Positions 7,864 through 16,371 are shown, numbered from the stretch's first letter. The stretch: DNA of 35,905 nt from Myxococcales bacterium (GCA_009885595.1 VFKJ01000517.1:1-35905), one strand, 5' to 3'. Translations and numbers: made by a program. Notes: a model not told the origin generated them from the letters alone.

Positions 7864-9399
7864 TTACTGCACGGCGAGCTGCTGCGTGCGCCGGTTGATG
7901 AACTCGACCAGGGTGCGCACGCCGTACCCGGTAGCGCCCTTGTTGAGGTAGCCGCGATCCTTGGGGCTCTGCGAGGGCCCCGCGATGTCCAGGTGGAGCC
8001 ACGGCGTCTCGCCCACGAACTCCTTGAGGAACAGGGACGCGCTGATCGAACCGCCGGCGCGCTCGCCCGCGTTCTTCAGGTCGGCGATCTCACTCTTGAG
8101 CACGTCGCGCTGGTACTCGCTGATCGGCAGCCGCCAGAGATCCTCGCCGGCCAGTCGCGCCGACTCGGAGACGTCGTAGAACAGCTGATCGTCGCCGCCG
8201 AACGCGCCCGCGATGTAGTTGCCCAGCGCGATGATGCAGGCGCCCGTCAGCGTCGCCAGATCGATCAGCGCCGCCGGCTTGAGCTCGTTGGCGTAGGCGA
8301 GGATGTCGCCCAGCACCAGCCGGCCCTCGGCGTCGGTGTTGGTGATCTCCACCGTCTTGCCCAGCCGCGAGACCAGCACGTCGCCGAGCCGGTAGGCGTT
8401 GTGCGAGGGCATGTTCTCGCAGGCCCCGAAGAACGCGTGCACGGGGAAGGGCGGCTGCATGCGCGCGATCACCTTCATCGCGCCCAAGACCGCGGCCGAG
8501 CCGGCCATGTCGGTCTTCATGTCGAGCATGCCGTCGGACGGCTTGAGCGAGAGGCCGCCCGAGTCGAAGGTGATCGCCTTGCCCACGAAGCACACCGGCT
8601 GCCGCTTGGCGGCCTCGGGCTCGCGCGGAATGTACGAGAGCTGCACCAGGCGCGGCTCCTCGATGCTCCCGCGGGCGACCCCCAGGAACATGCCCATCTT
8701 GAGCTCTTCGATCTTCTTCCGATCGCCGATGGCGACGTTGAGGCCGACTTCCTTGGCCATCGTCTTCGCGGCGTCGGCGAGGATCGTCGGCGTCATGGTG
8801 CCGGCCGGCTCGTTGACGAGATCGCGCGCCCAGTTGGTGGCCTGCGCGATCAGCCTGGCGTGGGTGACCAGCTCGTCGTGCGCCTTCTCCTTCTTCACGC
8901 CCTCGGGGAGAAAGAGGTGCACCTTGTCGACCTTCGGCGCGTTCTTCTCGTCCTTGTTCTGCGTCTTCCAGCGATCGTACCGGTAGGCGCCCAGCTCGAA
9001 GCCTTCGACCACGGCCTTCATCGCGTGCTCGAGCTCGCGCACCACCGGCAGCTGCACCGCCACGTTCTTCGCCTTCACCCGGGTGGCCGCCTTCACCGCC
9101 CGGCCCGCGGCCAGCCGCAAGAGCTCGGCGGTGAACTTCGCCCGCGCGCCCAGCCCCACCAGGATCACCCGCGTCGCCGGCACCTTGCCGTGCGTGAGGA
9201 AGACGAACGTCTGATCGGCCTTTCCCTTGAAACCCTCGGCGCTGGCCGTCTTGATGAACAGGCCCTTGGTGCGCTTGTCGATGCCGTGCAGCGCCTTGGG
9301 CGGGTTCTTCTTGTCGGTGAGGTCGGTGTCGAAGACGGGGAAGACGAGGACGTCCGCCTTGGCCTTGGAGGCGTCAGCGGCAACGAACGAAAAATTCAT
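7864..9399 (-). CDS. pepA: Leucyl aminopeptidase (M17 family)
   Basis: M17 signature NTDAEGRLVLGD, plus VGKAITFDSGGLSLKP and DMAGSAAV. I prefer the ATG at 9399 because AAGGAG sits 9 nt upstream. The track ORF starts at a TTG at 9408. Confidence 0.93.
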   Translation of the reverse strand: MNFSFVAADASKAKADVLVFPVFDTDLTDKKNPPKALHGIDKRTKGLFIKTASAEGFKGKADQTFVFLTHGKVPATRVILVGLGARAKFTAELLRLAAGRAVKAATRVKAKNVAVQLPVVRELEHAMKAVVEGFELGAYRYDRWKTQNKDEKNAPKVDKVHLFLPEGVKKEKAHDELVTHARLIAQATNWARDLVNEPAGTMTPTILADAAKTMAKEVGLNVAIGDRKKIEELKMGMFLGVARGSIEEPRLVQLSYIPREPEAAKRQPVCFVGKAITFDSGGLSLKPSDGMLDMKTDMAGSAAVLGAMKVIARMQPPFPVHAFFGACENMPSHNAYRLGDVLVSRLGKTVEITNTDAEGRLVLGDILAYANELKPAALIDLATLTGACIIALGNYIAGAFGGDDQLFYDVSESARLAGEDLWRLPISEYQRDVLKSEIADLKNAGERAGGSISASLFLKEFVGETPWLHLDIAGPSQSPKDRGYLNKGATGYGVRTLVEFINRRTQQLAVQ

Positions 9400-9514
9400 G
9401 AGGTACAACTCCTTCGGGGGGGCGGAAGCGGCGTGACTGTAGCCAAGCGCCTATCAAGGGCTACAGGAAAGGACACGCCTTGGGGCGCGTGGGAGGTATG
9501 GTGGCCCCCGCTGT

Positions 9515-10411
9515 ATGTCCGCACTCCTGACGCACCTCACGGCGGTCGAGCGCCTCGCCGCCCATGCCAACGCGCTCCCCTCGGAGTTCGTCCGCGCCCT
9601 GGGCGAAGACCTCGAGTACGCCCGCTTCGGGGCCGCGCTCCCCGAGCTGCCGCGCTTCGGTGGCTGGATCCAGGGCGTCGACACCTGGCTGGCCCGGGGG
9701 CACCGCCCCCATTTCACCGAGCTGATGGCCGCCCGTTCGCCGGTGGCGTTCGGGTTGAAGGCGGCGGAGCTGGTGTCCAACGGCGCGCTGATCGGGGTGG
9801 ACGCGGGGCTGGCGTGGCTGGCGGGCTACTTCACCCAGCTGTGCGTGACGCGCGCGCTCGAGCCGGTGGTGCAGAAGCTCATCACCACCCATCGGGGGCA
9901 GGGCGAAGCCGAGTCGGTGGCGCGGGCGCGCATCGAGTGGGCGCAGTCGCTGTTCTTCATGCAGGATCTCCACGGCAGCTCGCTGGTCGGTACGCCGGCG
10001 GTGCGCGCCAAGCTGCAGGTGCGCAAGGCCAGCAGCGTCAAGGCCATCGGCCGCGGGTTCTACGAGCTCATCCGGGTGGCCTCGCTCGACGCCTTTGGCG
10101 AGGCGCCCTCCAAGGTCGAGGTGGACGGCTGGGTGCGGGGGCTCTACCTGTTCTCCCTGGCGCTGGGCTCTCCCCTGGGCCGGCTGCGGTCCTTGCCCAC
10201 CGGCCACCTCTCGACCCGCGAGCTGTACCGCGGCGAGGGCTTCGACGTGTTCGCCACCGTCGACGTGGGGCTCGACCGCGCCCGCGAGCTGCTGACGATG
10301 CTGGGCGGGATGATTCGTCGCAACAGCTGGACCGCGCGCTCGCGCAGCCGCTTCCTCGAGGTGTGCCCCGAGGGCGCGGCCACGCAGGTGATCAAAGCCA
10401 GCGCCGCCTGA
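9515..10411 (+). CDS. Hypothetical protein with no confident family assignment
   Basis: 298-codon ORF with very high GC3 and an ATG start. The N-terminal LLTHLTAVERLAAH is faintly reminiscent of Zn-dependent phospholipase C-like folds, but this is not enough for a call. Confidence 0.7.
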   Translation: MSALLTHLTAVERLAAHANALPSEFVRALGEDLEYARFGAALPELPRFGGWIQGVDTWLARGHRPHFTELMAARSPVAFGLKAAELVSNGALIGVDAGLAWLAGYFTQLCVTRALEPVVQKLITTHRGQGEAESVARARIEWAQSLFFMQDLHGSSLVGTPAVRAKLQVRKASSVKAIGRGFYELIRVASLDAFGEAPSKVEVDGWVRGLYLFSLALGSPLGRLRSLPTGHLSTRELYRGEGFDVFATVDVGLDRARELLTMLGGMIRRNSWTARSRSRFLEVCPEGAATQVIKASAA

Positions 10412-10415
10412 CGGC

Positions 10416-11867
10416 TTACGGCCGCAAGAGGGCCAGCTCGCCCTGCCGGCTGTAGTCGATCGACTCCCCCAGAATGCGCGCCGCTTCCTGCGAGGCGTGG
10501 AAGCCCATCGAGTTCTCGGCGTTGACGAAGTCGAGCCTGAACTGCGCCTTGCGCTGCAGCTCGAAGACCGGCTGCAGCTTCTCGTCGGTGGCGCCGTTCT
10601 TCTTCGCGGTCTCCACCGCGGAGATCAGCTGCACCAGCGCGTCTTCGGCGCGGTTCATCAGGTCCAGGTTGCGCTGCTGGATGATGTCCACCCGGCGCTT
10701 GAGCTCTTCCTCGGGGAAGCGGTGGCAGGTCTGGCAGGAGCGGGTGACGTCGAGCAGCGGGCTGCGCACGTGGTGCGAGCTGACCTTGAGCGCGCCCTCG
10801 CGCACGTAGGGCATGTGGCAGTCGGCGCACGACACGCCCGAGCGCGCATGAATGCCCTGGCTCCACATCTCGAACTCCGGGTGCTGCGCCTTGAGCACCT
10901 CGGCGCCGGTCCTCTCGTGTTTCCAGTCGTAGAAGCGGTGGCCGTCGGAGAACTTCGTCTCGTTCCAGGTGGCCTCGATCTGCTCTACCTTGAGGCCCTT
11001 CGCCCAGGGGTAGGTGAGGGTCATCTTGGGGCCGCAGTAGTACTCGACGTGGCACTGCCCGCACACCATCGAGCGCAGCTCCTGGCGGGAAGCGTCGAGG
11101 TTGGGCTCGTACTCGCGGGCGCGATCGCCCTTGCGCCACCGCTCGATGGAGGGGAGATGCGGGGTGGGCTCGTCGCTCTTGGCGAGCGCGGCGATGCCTA
11201 CCAGGAACCCGGGCTTGGTCACCCGCAGCCCCAGGCCGTTGGGGTCGTGGCAGTCGATGCACGACACCGGGTGCTTCACCGCCTTGGTCGCCTCGGTGTA
11301 CGGCAGCTTCCCCAGCGCCTCGAAGCCCAGCATCAGCTGCTGGCGGGCCTCTTTGCTCTCGAAGGGCTGCTCCAGGGTGCCGGGCGCCCCCGCGTCGATG
11401 CCCGCCGCGCGGTACGGCACGGTCGACGAGGCGTGGCAGTGCAGGCAGGCGCCCGACTGGGGCCGCTCGGTCACCCGCTTCGTCAGGCGCTGGTCCTCGA
11501 GCATGAAGGCGTGGCCGCGGCGCTTGTTGAAGTCGATGGCGAAGGCGTAGCCGGCGAAGATGTCCACCAGCCGAGGGTCTTCCTTGAGCCGGCTCTCGGG
11601 CATGCCTTCGCTGCCGGCGCCGCCGAAGCGGGTGGAGTACGTCTCTACGGTGCGCTGGTACGCGTCGTACTGCCGCGGGAAGTTCTTCCCCCACTCTGCG
11701 GGGTCGACGGTGGTCTCGGTGAGGGCGACCACGTTGAAGTTGGTGGTCTTCGCCTCTTCCTGACGCTCAGAGATGTTGGCCGCGAGCGCCATCACCAGCG
11801 CGGTGGCGATGGCGGCCAGGACGGCGATCAGGGCGGCGCGAAAGGCAGGGCGGGAGAACAGGGACAT
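10416..11867 (-). CDS. nrfA: Pentaheme cytochrome c nitrite reductase NrfA (ammonia-forming), CXXCH-type first haem
   Basis: Five haem motifs are present: CLHCH, CIDCH, CGQCH(VEYY), CADCH and CQTCH. There is an N-terminal signal anchor MSLFSRPAFRAALIAVLAAIATAL. The ATG at 11867 is preceded by AGGAG. The track ORF extends upstream to 11990 into nrfH. Confidence 0.9.
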   Translation of the reverse strand: MSLFSRPAFRAALIAVLAAIATALVMALAANISERQEEAKTTNFNVVALTETTVDPAEWGKNFPRQYDAYQRTVETYSTRFGGAGSEGMPESRLKEDPRLVDIFAGYAFAIDFNKRRGHAFMLEDQRLTKRVTERPQSGACLHCHASSTVPYRAAGIDAGAPGTLEQPFESKEARQQLMLGFEALGKLPYTEATKAVKHPVSCIDCHDPNGLGLRVTKPGFLVGIAALAKSDEPTPHLPSIERWRKGDRAREYEPNLDASRQELRSMVCGQCHVEYYCGPKMTLTYPWAKGLKVEQIEATWNETKFSDGHRFYDWKHERTGAEVLKAQHPEFEMWSQGIHARSGVSCADCHMPYVREGALKVSSHHVRSPLLDVTRSCQTCHRFPEEELKRRVDIIQQRNLDLMNRAEDALVQLISAVETAKKNGATDEKLQPVFELQRKAQFRLDFVNAENSMGFHASQEAARILGESIDYSRQGELALLRP

Positions 11868-11877
11868 GGACGGGCTC

Positions 11878-12366
11878 CTAACGAGTGGGTCCGTGCCCGA
11901 CGGATTGGTGACAACGCACGCATCCGTAGAGGTCGGCCTTCTGAGTGGGGTCGGTGGGTACGCCGAGCGTTCCGTGGGCGGTGATCTCACCCACCAGCGG
12001 CTGGTGACAGCGCAGGCAGTTCGCCTCGAGCACCTTGGCGTTGCTCGGCTTGATGCGAATCGGCTCGGGGAAGTCCTGCGTGGTGAAGGCGCGCGAGTGG
12101 TTCCACCCGTTGAGGGCCTTCACGTACAGCTTGGGAATCAGCCCGCTGTGGGGCAGGTGGCAGTCGTTGCAGACGGCGACGTCATGGTGCGAGCCGTGGC
12201 GCCAGCCGTCGTATTCCTCGCGCATGATGTGACAGCCGACGCACACCTCGGGGTCGTTGGAGAGGTAGGTGGCGCCCTTGGCCGCGACGAAGGTGTAGCC
12301 GCCCGCGCCGAACAGGGTGCCCACCATCACACTCGCGGCCAGGGCGGCCCACTGCGCGGCGTTCAT
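11878..12366 (-). CDS. nrfH: Tetrahaem NapC/NirT-family quinol dehydrogenase NrfH
   Basis: Four CXXCH motifs (CVGCH, CNDCH, CLRCH, CVRCH) and an N-terminal TM helix. The ATG at 12366 is preferred over the TTG at 12384. The gene sits immediately upstream of nrfA. Confidence 0.88.
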   Translation of the reverse strand: MNAAQWAALAASVMVGTLFGAGGYTFVAAKGATYLSNDPEVCVGCHIMREEYDGWRHGSHHDVAVCNDCHLPHSGLIPKLYVKALNGWNHSRAFTTQDFPEPIRIKPSNAKVLEANCLRCHQPLVGEITAHGTLGVPTDPTQKADLYGCVRCHQSVGHGPTR

Positions 12367-12454
12367 GTGCAGGGGGTACCACAACGCCCCGCTGAGTGAA
12401 TCAGGTTCGGCTGCGTAGCGAAAAGCCGCGTGAGGTCACTCACGACAGCGGCAC

Positions 12455-12481
12455 AATTGTCTCCGCACTGCGGAGACAATT
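12455..12481. repeat. Perfect 27-bp palindrome between the toxin stop and the nrfH start
   Basis: AATTGTCTCCGCA-C-TGCGGAGACAATT. The 13-bp arms are perfectly complementary and the ends are AT-rich within a GC-rich context. The last base is the first base of the toxin stop codon. It lies about 90 bp upstream of nrfH. Confidence 0.85.
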
Positions 12482-12792
12482 CATCCGAGTCGCTTGCGCC
12501 AGGCACTTCGAGATCGGCTGGTGTGGAGAAGAGCGATTACGACGAGTTCGTCATTTCCTATCAGCCGATAGATGAGTGCAAACGGGAAGTGCTCAACCAA
12601 GGACCTGCGGGCGCCACGCTTACCTGCGCGCCCCGGCAACAGCGCGTGGGCCCGGGGGGCGAACGCCAGATGATCCAGGAGGGCATCGACCTCGTTCACG
12701 AAGCGGACGCCCAGCCACGTGACGCGGTCCTCGTACCAAGCGGCGGCAAGATTGAGTTCGACCTCCGCCTCGGGAAGCCACGTGATGATCAT
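12481..12792 (-). CDS. Type II toxin, ParE/RelE superfamily
   Basis: 103 aa. The pattern is characteristic of the family: LPEAEVELNLAAAWYED...FPFALIYRL...VVIALLHTSR. There is a 4-nt ATGA overlap with the upstream antitoxin ORF. Confidence 0.8.
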   Translation of the reverse strand: MIITWLPEAEVELNLAAAWYEDRVTWLGVRFVNEVDALLDHLAFAPRAHALLPGRAGKRGARRSLVEHFPFALIYRLIGNDELVVIALLHTSRSRSAWRKRLG

Positions 12793-13019
12793 CGACGACG
12801 CTTGTTCAGACGCTCGAGCGCAGCGTGGCTCACTGCCGCGGCGCTCCGACGGGGACGCGTTTCGAGTCCGTCGAGCCTTCGAACCAGTTCGCCCTCATCT
12901 GCGTTCTCGAAGGGTGCTTCGGAGCCGGCGTCGAGGCTCTCGATGAGCTTCGCGATGAGACGGCCGCGCTGGCGAGCGTTGAGAGCGAGCGCGGCGTCGA
13001 GGATCTCAGCGGTGGACAT
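12789..13019 (-). CDS. Type II antitoxin (putative addiction-module component)
   Basis: 76 aa. MSTAEILDAALALNARQRGRLIAKLIESLD resembles the addiction-module antitoxin family that pairs with ParE/RelE toxins. It is translationally coupled to the toxin. Confidence 0.72.
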   Translation of the reverse strand: MSTAEILDAALALNARQRGRLIAKLIESLDAGSEAPFENADEGELVRRLDGLETRPRRSAAAVSHAALERLNKRRR

Positions 13020-13060
13020 GAAGGAATTCTAAGACCGTCGAACGGCCCGATCCACCTGCT

Positions 13061-14422
13061 TCAGGGCAGGGAGATGTCGCTCACCGCGTCGGCCATCGTG
13101 GTGTTGACCGTCGCGTGCGGCGTGCCGGCGGCGAAGGGGTTCACCGCCCAGGTGAGGGCGTCGGTGATCGGGTTGGCGCCGTTCGCGTTGGTGAACACCC
13201 TGAGGCTGACGGTGGTGTTCCCCCGGAACGAGGTGCCGGAGTACGCGGCGCGCGACGTCATGGTGGTGGTGTCCTGCATGAAGATCACCGGCATCAGCAC
13301 CGCCTGAATCCCCTGCGAGATCGAGGCGGTCTTCGCCGCGACGATCCCGAAGCCGAACCCGCCGGTGGGCGCCGACATCGCGCCCAGCACCAGGTCGCCC
13401 GAGATGGTCACCGGGCCGAACGCGAAGTCCGCGATGGTCTCCTGGTCCGCGAGGATCGTCACCGCCTGCAGCGGGTTCGCCAGCAGGTTGATCGCGATCC
13501 CTCCGTTGGCGAAGCCGATGAGCGACGGCACGGGGTTCACCCGGCCCGGCATCAGGTCGGTGAGCACATACGGGTACTCGGTCTGATCCGGAGTGGTGAA
13601 GATCCGGTAGCCGTTCTGCAGCTGCGTCAACAGGGTGGCGGGGTCGAGGCCGCCGCTGAGCGCGCCCTGATCGAGCAGCGACATCTGCAGGTTCTGCAGC
13701 GCCGGAGGCTTGGGCAGCGTGATCGTCCCGCGCAGGGTGCCCAGGCCCGAGCTCGACGCGCCCAGGTAGATGCGCACGTTCTCCGGCCCCGCCCTGAACG
13801 GATCGTTCAGGTCGAGATCGATGGTGGTGGTCGACGACTGAAAGTCGAGGAAGGGGATCAGCTGGCCATCGTCGTTGCGATCGGAGATCGCGGTGAGCCG
13901 CTGCGGACCGGTGCGGAGATCGGTGAAGAGGAAGGGGATCTCGGTGGGCATCGTCGGCTTGCCCAGGCGCTCGAGGGTCGTGTTGCGGAAGAGGCCGACC
14001 TCTTTGTTCACCGCGAAGCCGCCCACCACCACCACGCCCGAGATGGTGCCCTTGGGCCCGCCCGCGCGCGTCCAGGTGCCTTCCTGCAGCTCGCCGTCCT
14101 TGCCGTCGACCGACGCGAAGTACTTCACGCTGATCGTCGCAGGCACCTGCAGCGTCAGCGGCGAAGGCCCGGACACGCGCCCCAGCGAGCTGGTGCGGGG
14201 GTCTTCGCCATTGGTGCTGTAATAGACGGTGGCCGGCCGCTCGGACGTGAAGGTGACGGTGATCTCACCGTTGAACGGCCCCGCTGGGGGATCGGCGATG
14301 ACCCGGGGCGCGCCCAGCTCGGCGTCCGGCTCGATCACCAGCGGACCAGGCTTCTGACCACAAGCGAACGACCCAACGGCAAGAGCCACGACGAGGAAGG
14401 GGAGGCGCATGTCGGCGCGCAT
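13061..14422 (-). CDS. Secreted lipoprotein with an N-terminal chitobiase/hexosaminidase-C-like (CHB_HEX_C_1-type) domain; function unknown
   Basis: Signal peptide plus lipobox (MRADMRLPFLVVALAVGSFAC). FNGEITVTFTSERPATVYYSTNGEDP matches the F-x-G...V-x-L...IYYT-x-DG-x-P domain pattern. The start could be 14422, 14410 or 14449. Confidence 0.7.
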   Translation of the reverse strand: MRADMRLPFLVVALAVGSFACGQKPGPLVIEPDAELGAPRVIADPPAGPFNGEITVTFTSERPATVYYSTNGEDPRTSSLGRVSGPSPLTLQVPATISVKYFASVDGKDGELQEGTWTRAGGPKGTISGVVVVGGFAVNKEVGLFRNTTLERLGKPTMPTEIPFLFTDLRTGPQRLTAISDRNDDGQLIPFLDFQSSTTTIDLDLNDPFRAGPENVRIYLGASSSGLGTLRGTITLPKPPALQNLQMSLLDQGALSGGLDPATLLTQLQNGYRIFTTPDQTEYPYVLTDLMPGRVNPVPSLIGFANGGIAINLLANPLQAVTILADQETIADFAFGPVTISGDLVLGAMSAPTGGFGFGIVAAKTASISQGIQAVLMPVIFMQDTTTMTSRAAYSGTSFRGNTTVSLRVFTNANGANPITDALTWAVNPFAAGTPHATVNTTMADAVSDISLP

Positions 14423-14461
14423 TGGGCTCGTCCGGAAAGCGAAAGTCAACGCAACGACGAC

Positions 14462-14890
14462 TCAGCGCGTGATGTCCGCTTCCATGGCCTTGCCGGTGGT
14501 CTCGAGGCCGTTCTTCACCTGCTCCGGCACGGTCTCGAGCAGCTCGCAGGTGGGCGCGAGCACCGCGAGATCCTGGTCCAGGTCCGAGAGCGGACACTTG
14601 CGCGCGGAGAACGAGACCCGCACGTCCCGAAGGTGCTCGTCGCCGCGCAGCAGGGTCACCAGGCACTGCGTGAGGATGAGCCCCTCGCCGGTGTTCCAGG
14701 CGATCCACGGGCCCAAGATGACGCCGCTCGCTTCGTTCTCGTTGCGCACGCCGCCGCAGTGTTTCTGGGTCGCCGCCACCGCGCGGGTCCACGCCTCGGC
14801 CGGCTCGCGGGTGCTGAAGTAGGGCTGCGGCACCGTGAAGGTGTTCAGCGCGCAGGCGCTCACGAGCAACAGCGGCAGAGTTCGGATCAT
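14462..14890 (-). CDS. Small lipoprotein, hypothetical (142 aa)
   Basis: MIRTLPLLLVSAC lipobox and high GC3. Its ATG overlaps the stop of the upstream regulator (ATGA at 14887-14890). It is hidden inside the longer shadow ORF 14462..16210. Confidence 0.7.
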   Translation of the reverse strand: MIRTLPLLLVSACALNTFTVPQPYFSTREPAEAWTRAVAATQKHCGGVRNENEASGVILGPWIAWNTGEGLILTQCLVTLLRGDEHLRDVRVSFSARKCPLSDLDQDLAVLAPTCELLETVPEQVKNGLETTGKAMEADITR

Positions 14891-16371
14891 CGGCGTTTCT
14901 TCTCCGTCAGATCGCTGTTCACCAGCGGTGAAAAGAAACAGTCCTTCTTGGTGTACTCGTCGAAGGAGAACGCGAAGCGGAAGCTCGCCGCCGAGCGCTG
15001 GTTGCAGTCGGTGCGCTCGCAGAACCGGCACGACACGCCGATCGGCACCGCGTCGCGCTTCAGATCGGTCGTGGGCAGGCCGTAGGCGAGGTACTTCGCG
15101 TTCTCCGCGTGCGTGCCCAGGCCAATCGAATACGCGGTGCCGCGCACGATCGTCCCTTCGATCGGCTGCAGCTGCACCTTGGCGAAGTCGAAGTACGTCG
15201 TGCCGTCCGGCATCGCGGAGTACTGCCTTGTCAGCTGCGAGGGGTTCAAGAACGCCAGGTGCACCGCCCACTTCCCGCAGTTGCCGGTCGAGGCGAACTT
15301 GATGCCCGTGCCCGAGTAGCGCTTGCTGATGTTCCCCGCGATGTCCGTGCGGATGAAGTGGAAGGGGAGCCCCTTGCGCTTGGCGTCGGCGAGGTTGCAC
15401 ACGCGGTGCGCGATCGTCTCGTAGGTGGTGCCGAAGATCGACGCGAGCAGCTCGATGTCGTAGCGCGTGCGCTGCACTTCCTTGAAGAAGTCGCCGTAGG
15501 GCAGCATCAGGGCGCCGGCGAAGTAGTTGGCGAGGTTCACCTTGATGAGGCGCGGCGTCTCGGCGTGGCGGGTCTTGGCGCCGACGATGCGCTCCACCAG
15601 CCGGGTCTTGTCGAGCGTGAGCAGCCCCAGGGTGGCCGCGATCTGGAACTTGAAGGGCTGCTCGGTGAGCAAGGGCGAGACCTCGAGCCGCTTCTCCCCG
15701 AGCGAGAGCCTGCGCACCACCGAGCTGCCCTGCGGCGCGTCGGCGATGTGGGTGACGATGCCGAAGCGCGCTTCCAGCATCTTCATCAAGGTGCCCGAGC
15801 CGAGGATGCGCTCGGCGCCGAAGTCCTGGCGCATCGACTCGGCCTCTTCCTCCAGCTCCGGGAAGTAGTTCTGGTGCGCCTGGAGGAAGTCGGAGACCTC
15901 GTCGAAGGGCGAATAATCGAACCGCGCCTCGGGCCCTGCGCCGGCCGCGCGGCCACGCTCCTCGCTCGAGAGCTGGGCCATCACGTTCTCGAGCTGCGAG
16001 CGGGTGTTCTTGTAGAGGTTGAACAGCGCGGCCACGGTGCCCGCGAGCTTGGGCTCGGCGGAGAGTGACTGCAGCGAGTCCTGATCGAGGTTGAGCGTCT
16101 TGAGCAGCGGCTCGTCCAGCAGCTTCGCCAGGCCCTCGTCGATGCGGCCCTCGCCCAGCTGCGACATGAACTCTTCGGGATCGACCTGGAAGAAGCGCAG
16201 CGCCTTCCACAGCAGGGGGAAGGGCGTGACCCGCTTCCCCTTCTCGATCAGGTTCAGGTACGCCGGGCTGACGCCGAGCTCGCGGGCGCAGTCGGCCTGC
16301 TTGAGGTTCTTCGAGAGCCGGACGGCGCGAAGCCGATGGCCGACGTTGGCGTTGAGCGCGTTCTCATTCAT
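14887..16371 (-). CDS. XRE-family HTH regulator with ImmA/IrrE-like peptidase and DUF2083 domains (ScfR/RamB-like)
   Basis: N-terminal HTH (RLRAVRLSKNLKQADCARELGVSPAYLNLIEKGKR). The central region resembles COG3800. The C-terminal Cys cluster CRFCERTDCNQRSA is typical of DUF2083. Confidence 0.82.
   Translation of the reverse strand: MNENALNANVGHRLRAVRLSKNLKQADCARELGVSPAYLNLIEKGKRVTPFPLLWKALRFFQVDPEEFMSQLGEGRIDEGLAKLLDEPLLKTLNLDQDSLQSLSAEPKLAGTVAALFNLYKNTRSQLENVMAQLSSEERGRAAGAGPEARFDYSPFDEVSDFLQAHQNYFPELEEEAESMRQDFGAERILGSGTLMKMLEARFGIVTHIADAPQGSSVVRRLSLGEKRLEVSPLLTEQPFKFQIAATLGLLTLDKTRLVERIVGAKTRHAETPRLIKVNLANYFAGALMLPYGDFFKEVQRTRYDIELLASIFGTTYETIAHRVCNLADAKRKGLPFHFIRTDIAGNISKRYSGTGIKFASTGNCGKWAVHLAFLNPSQLTRQYSAMPDGTTYFDFAKVQLQPIEGTIVRGTAYSIGLGTHAENAKYLAYGLPTTDLKRDAVPIGVSCRFCERTDCNQRSAASFRFAFSFDEYTKKDCFFSPLVNSDLTEKKRR

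Noticed and set aside
6877-9400. Search for a restriction endonuclease partner or mobile-element genes around the methyltransferase
   Set aside because: Only DUF1385 lies upstream and a convergent pepA lies downstream. I see no REase-like ORF, integrase, transposase or flanking direct repeats.
7993-10455. 820-aa plus-strand ORF spanning pepA (antisense) and the 9515 gene (other frame)
   Set aside because: The translation has no domain signal and is dominated by Arg/Gly/Ala/Leu. It conflicts with two well-supported genes.
10144-11984. 516-aa (minus) and 495-aa (plus) ORFs overlapping nrfA
   Set aside because: The nrfA frame has five haem motifs and a signal anchor. The alternatives are Arg/Pro/Gly-rich shadow frames.
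13115-15085. 656-aa plus-strand ORF antisense to the lipoprotein genes
   Set aside because: It is a shadow ORF. The minus-strand frames have signal peptides, lipoboxes and high GC3.
14891-16210. Upper part of the 582-aa minus-strand ORF 14462..16210
   Set aside because: Only its last 142 codons (14462-14890, starting MIRTLPLLLVSAC) look like a real protein. The upstream part is an alternative frame of the XRE/DUF2083 regulator gene.
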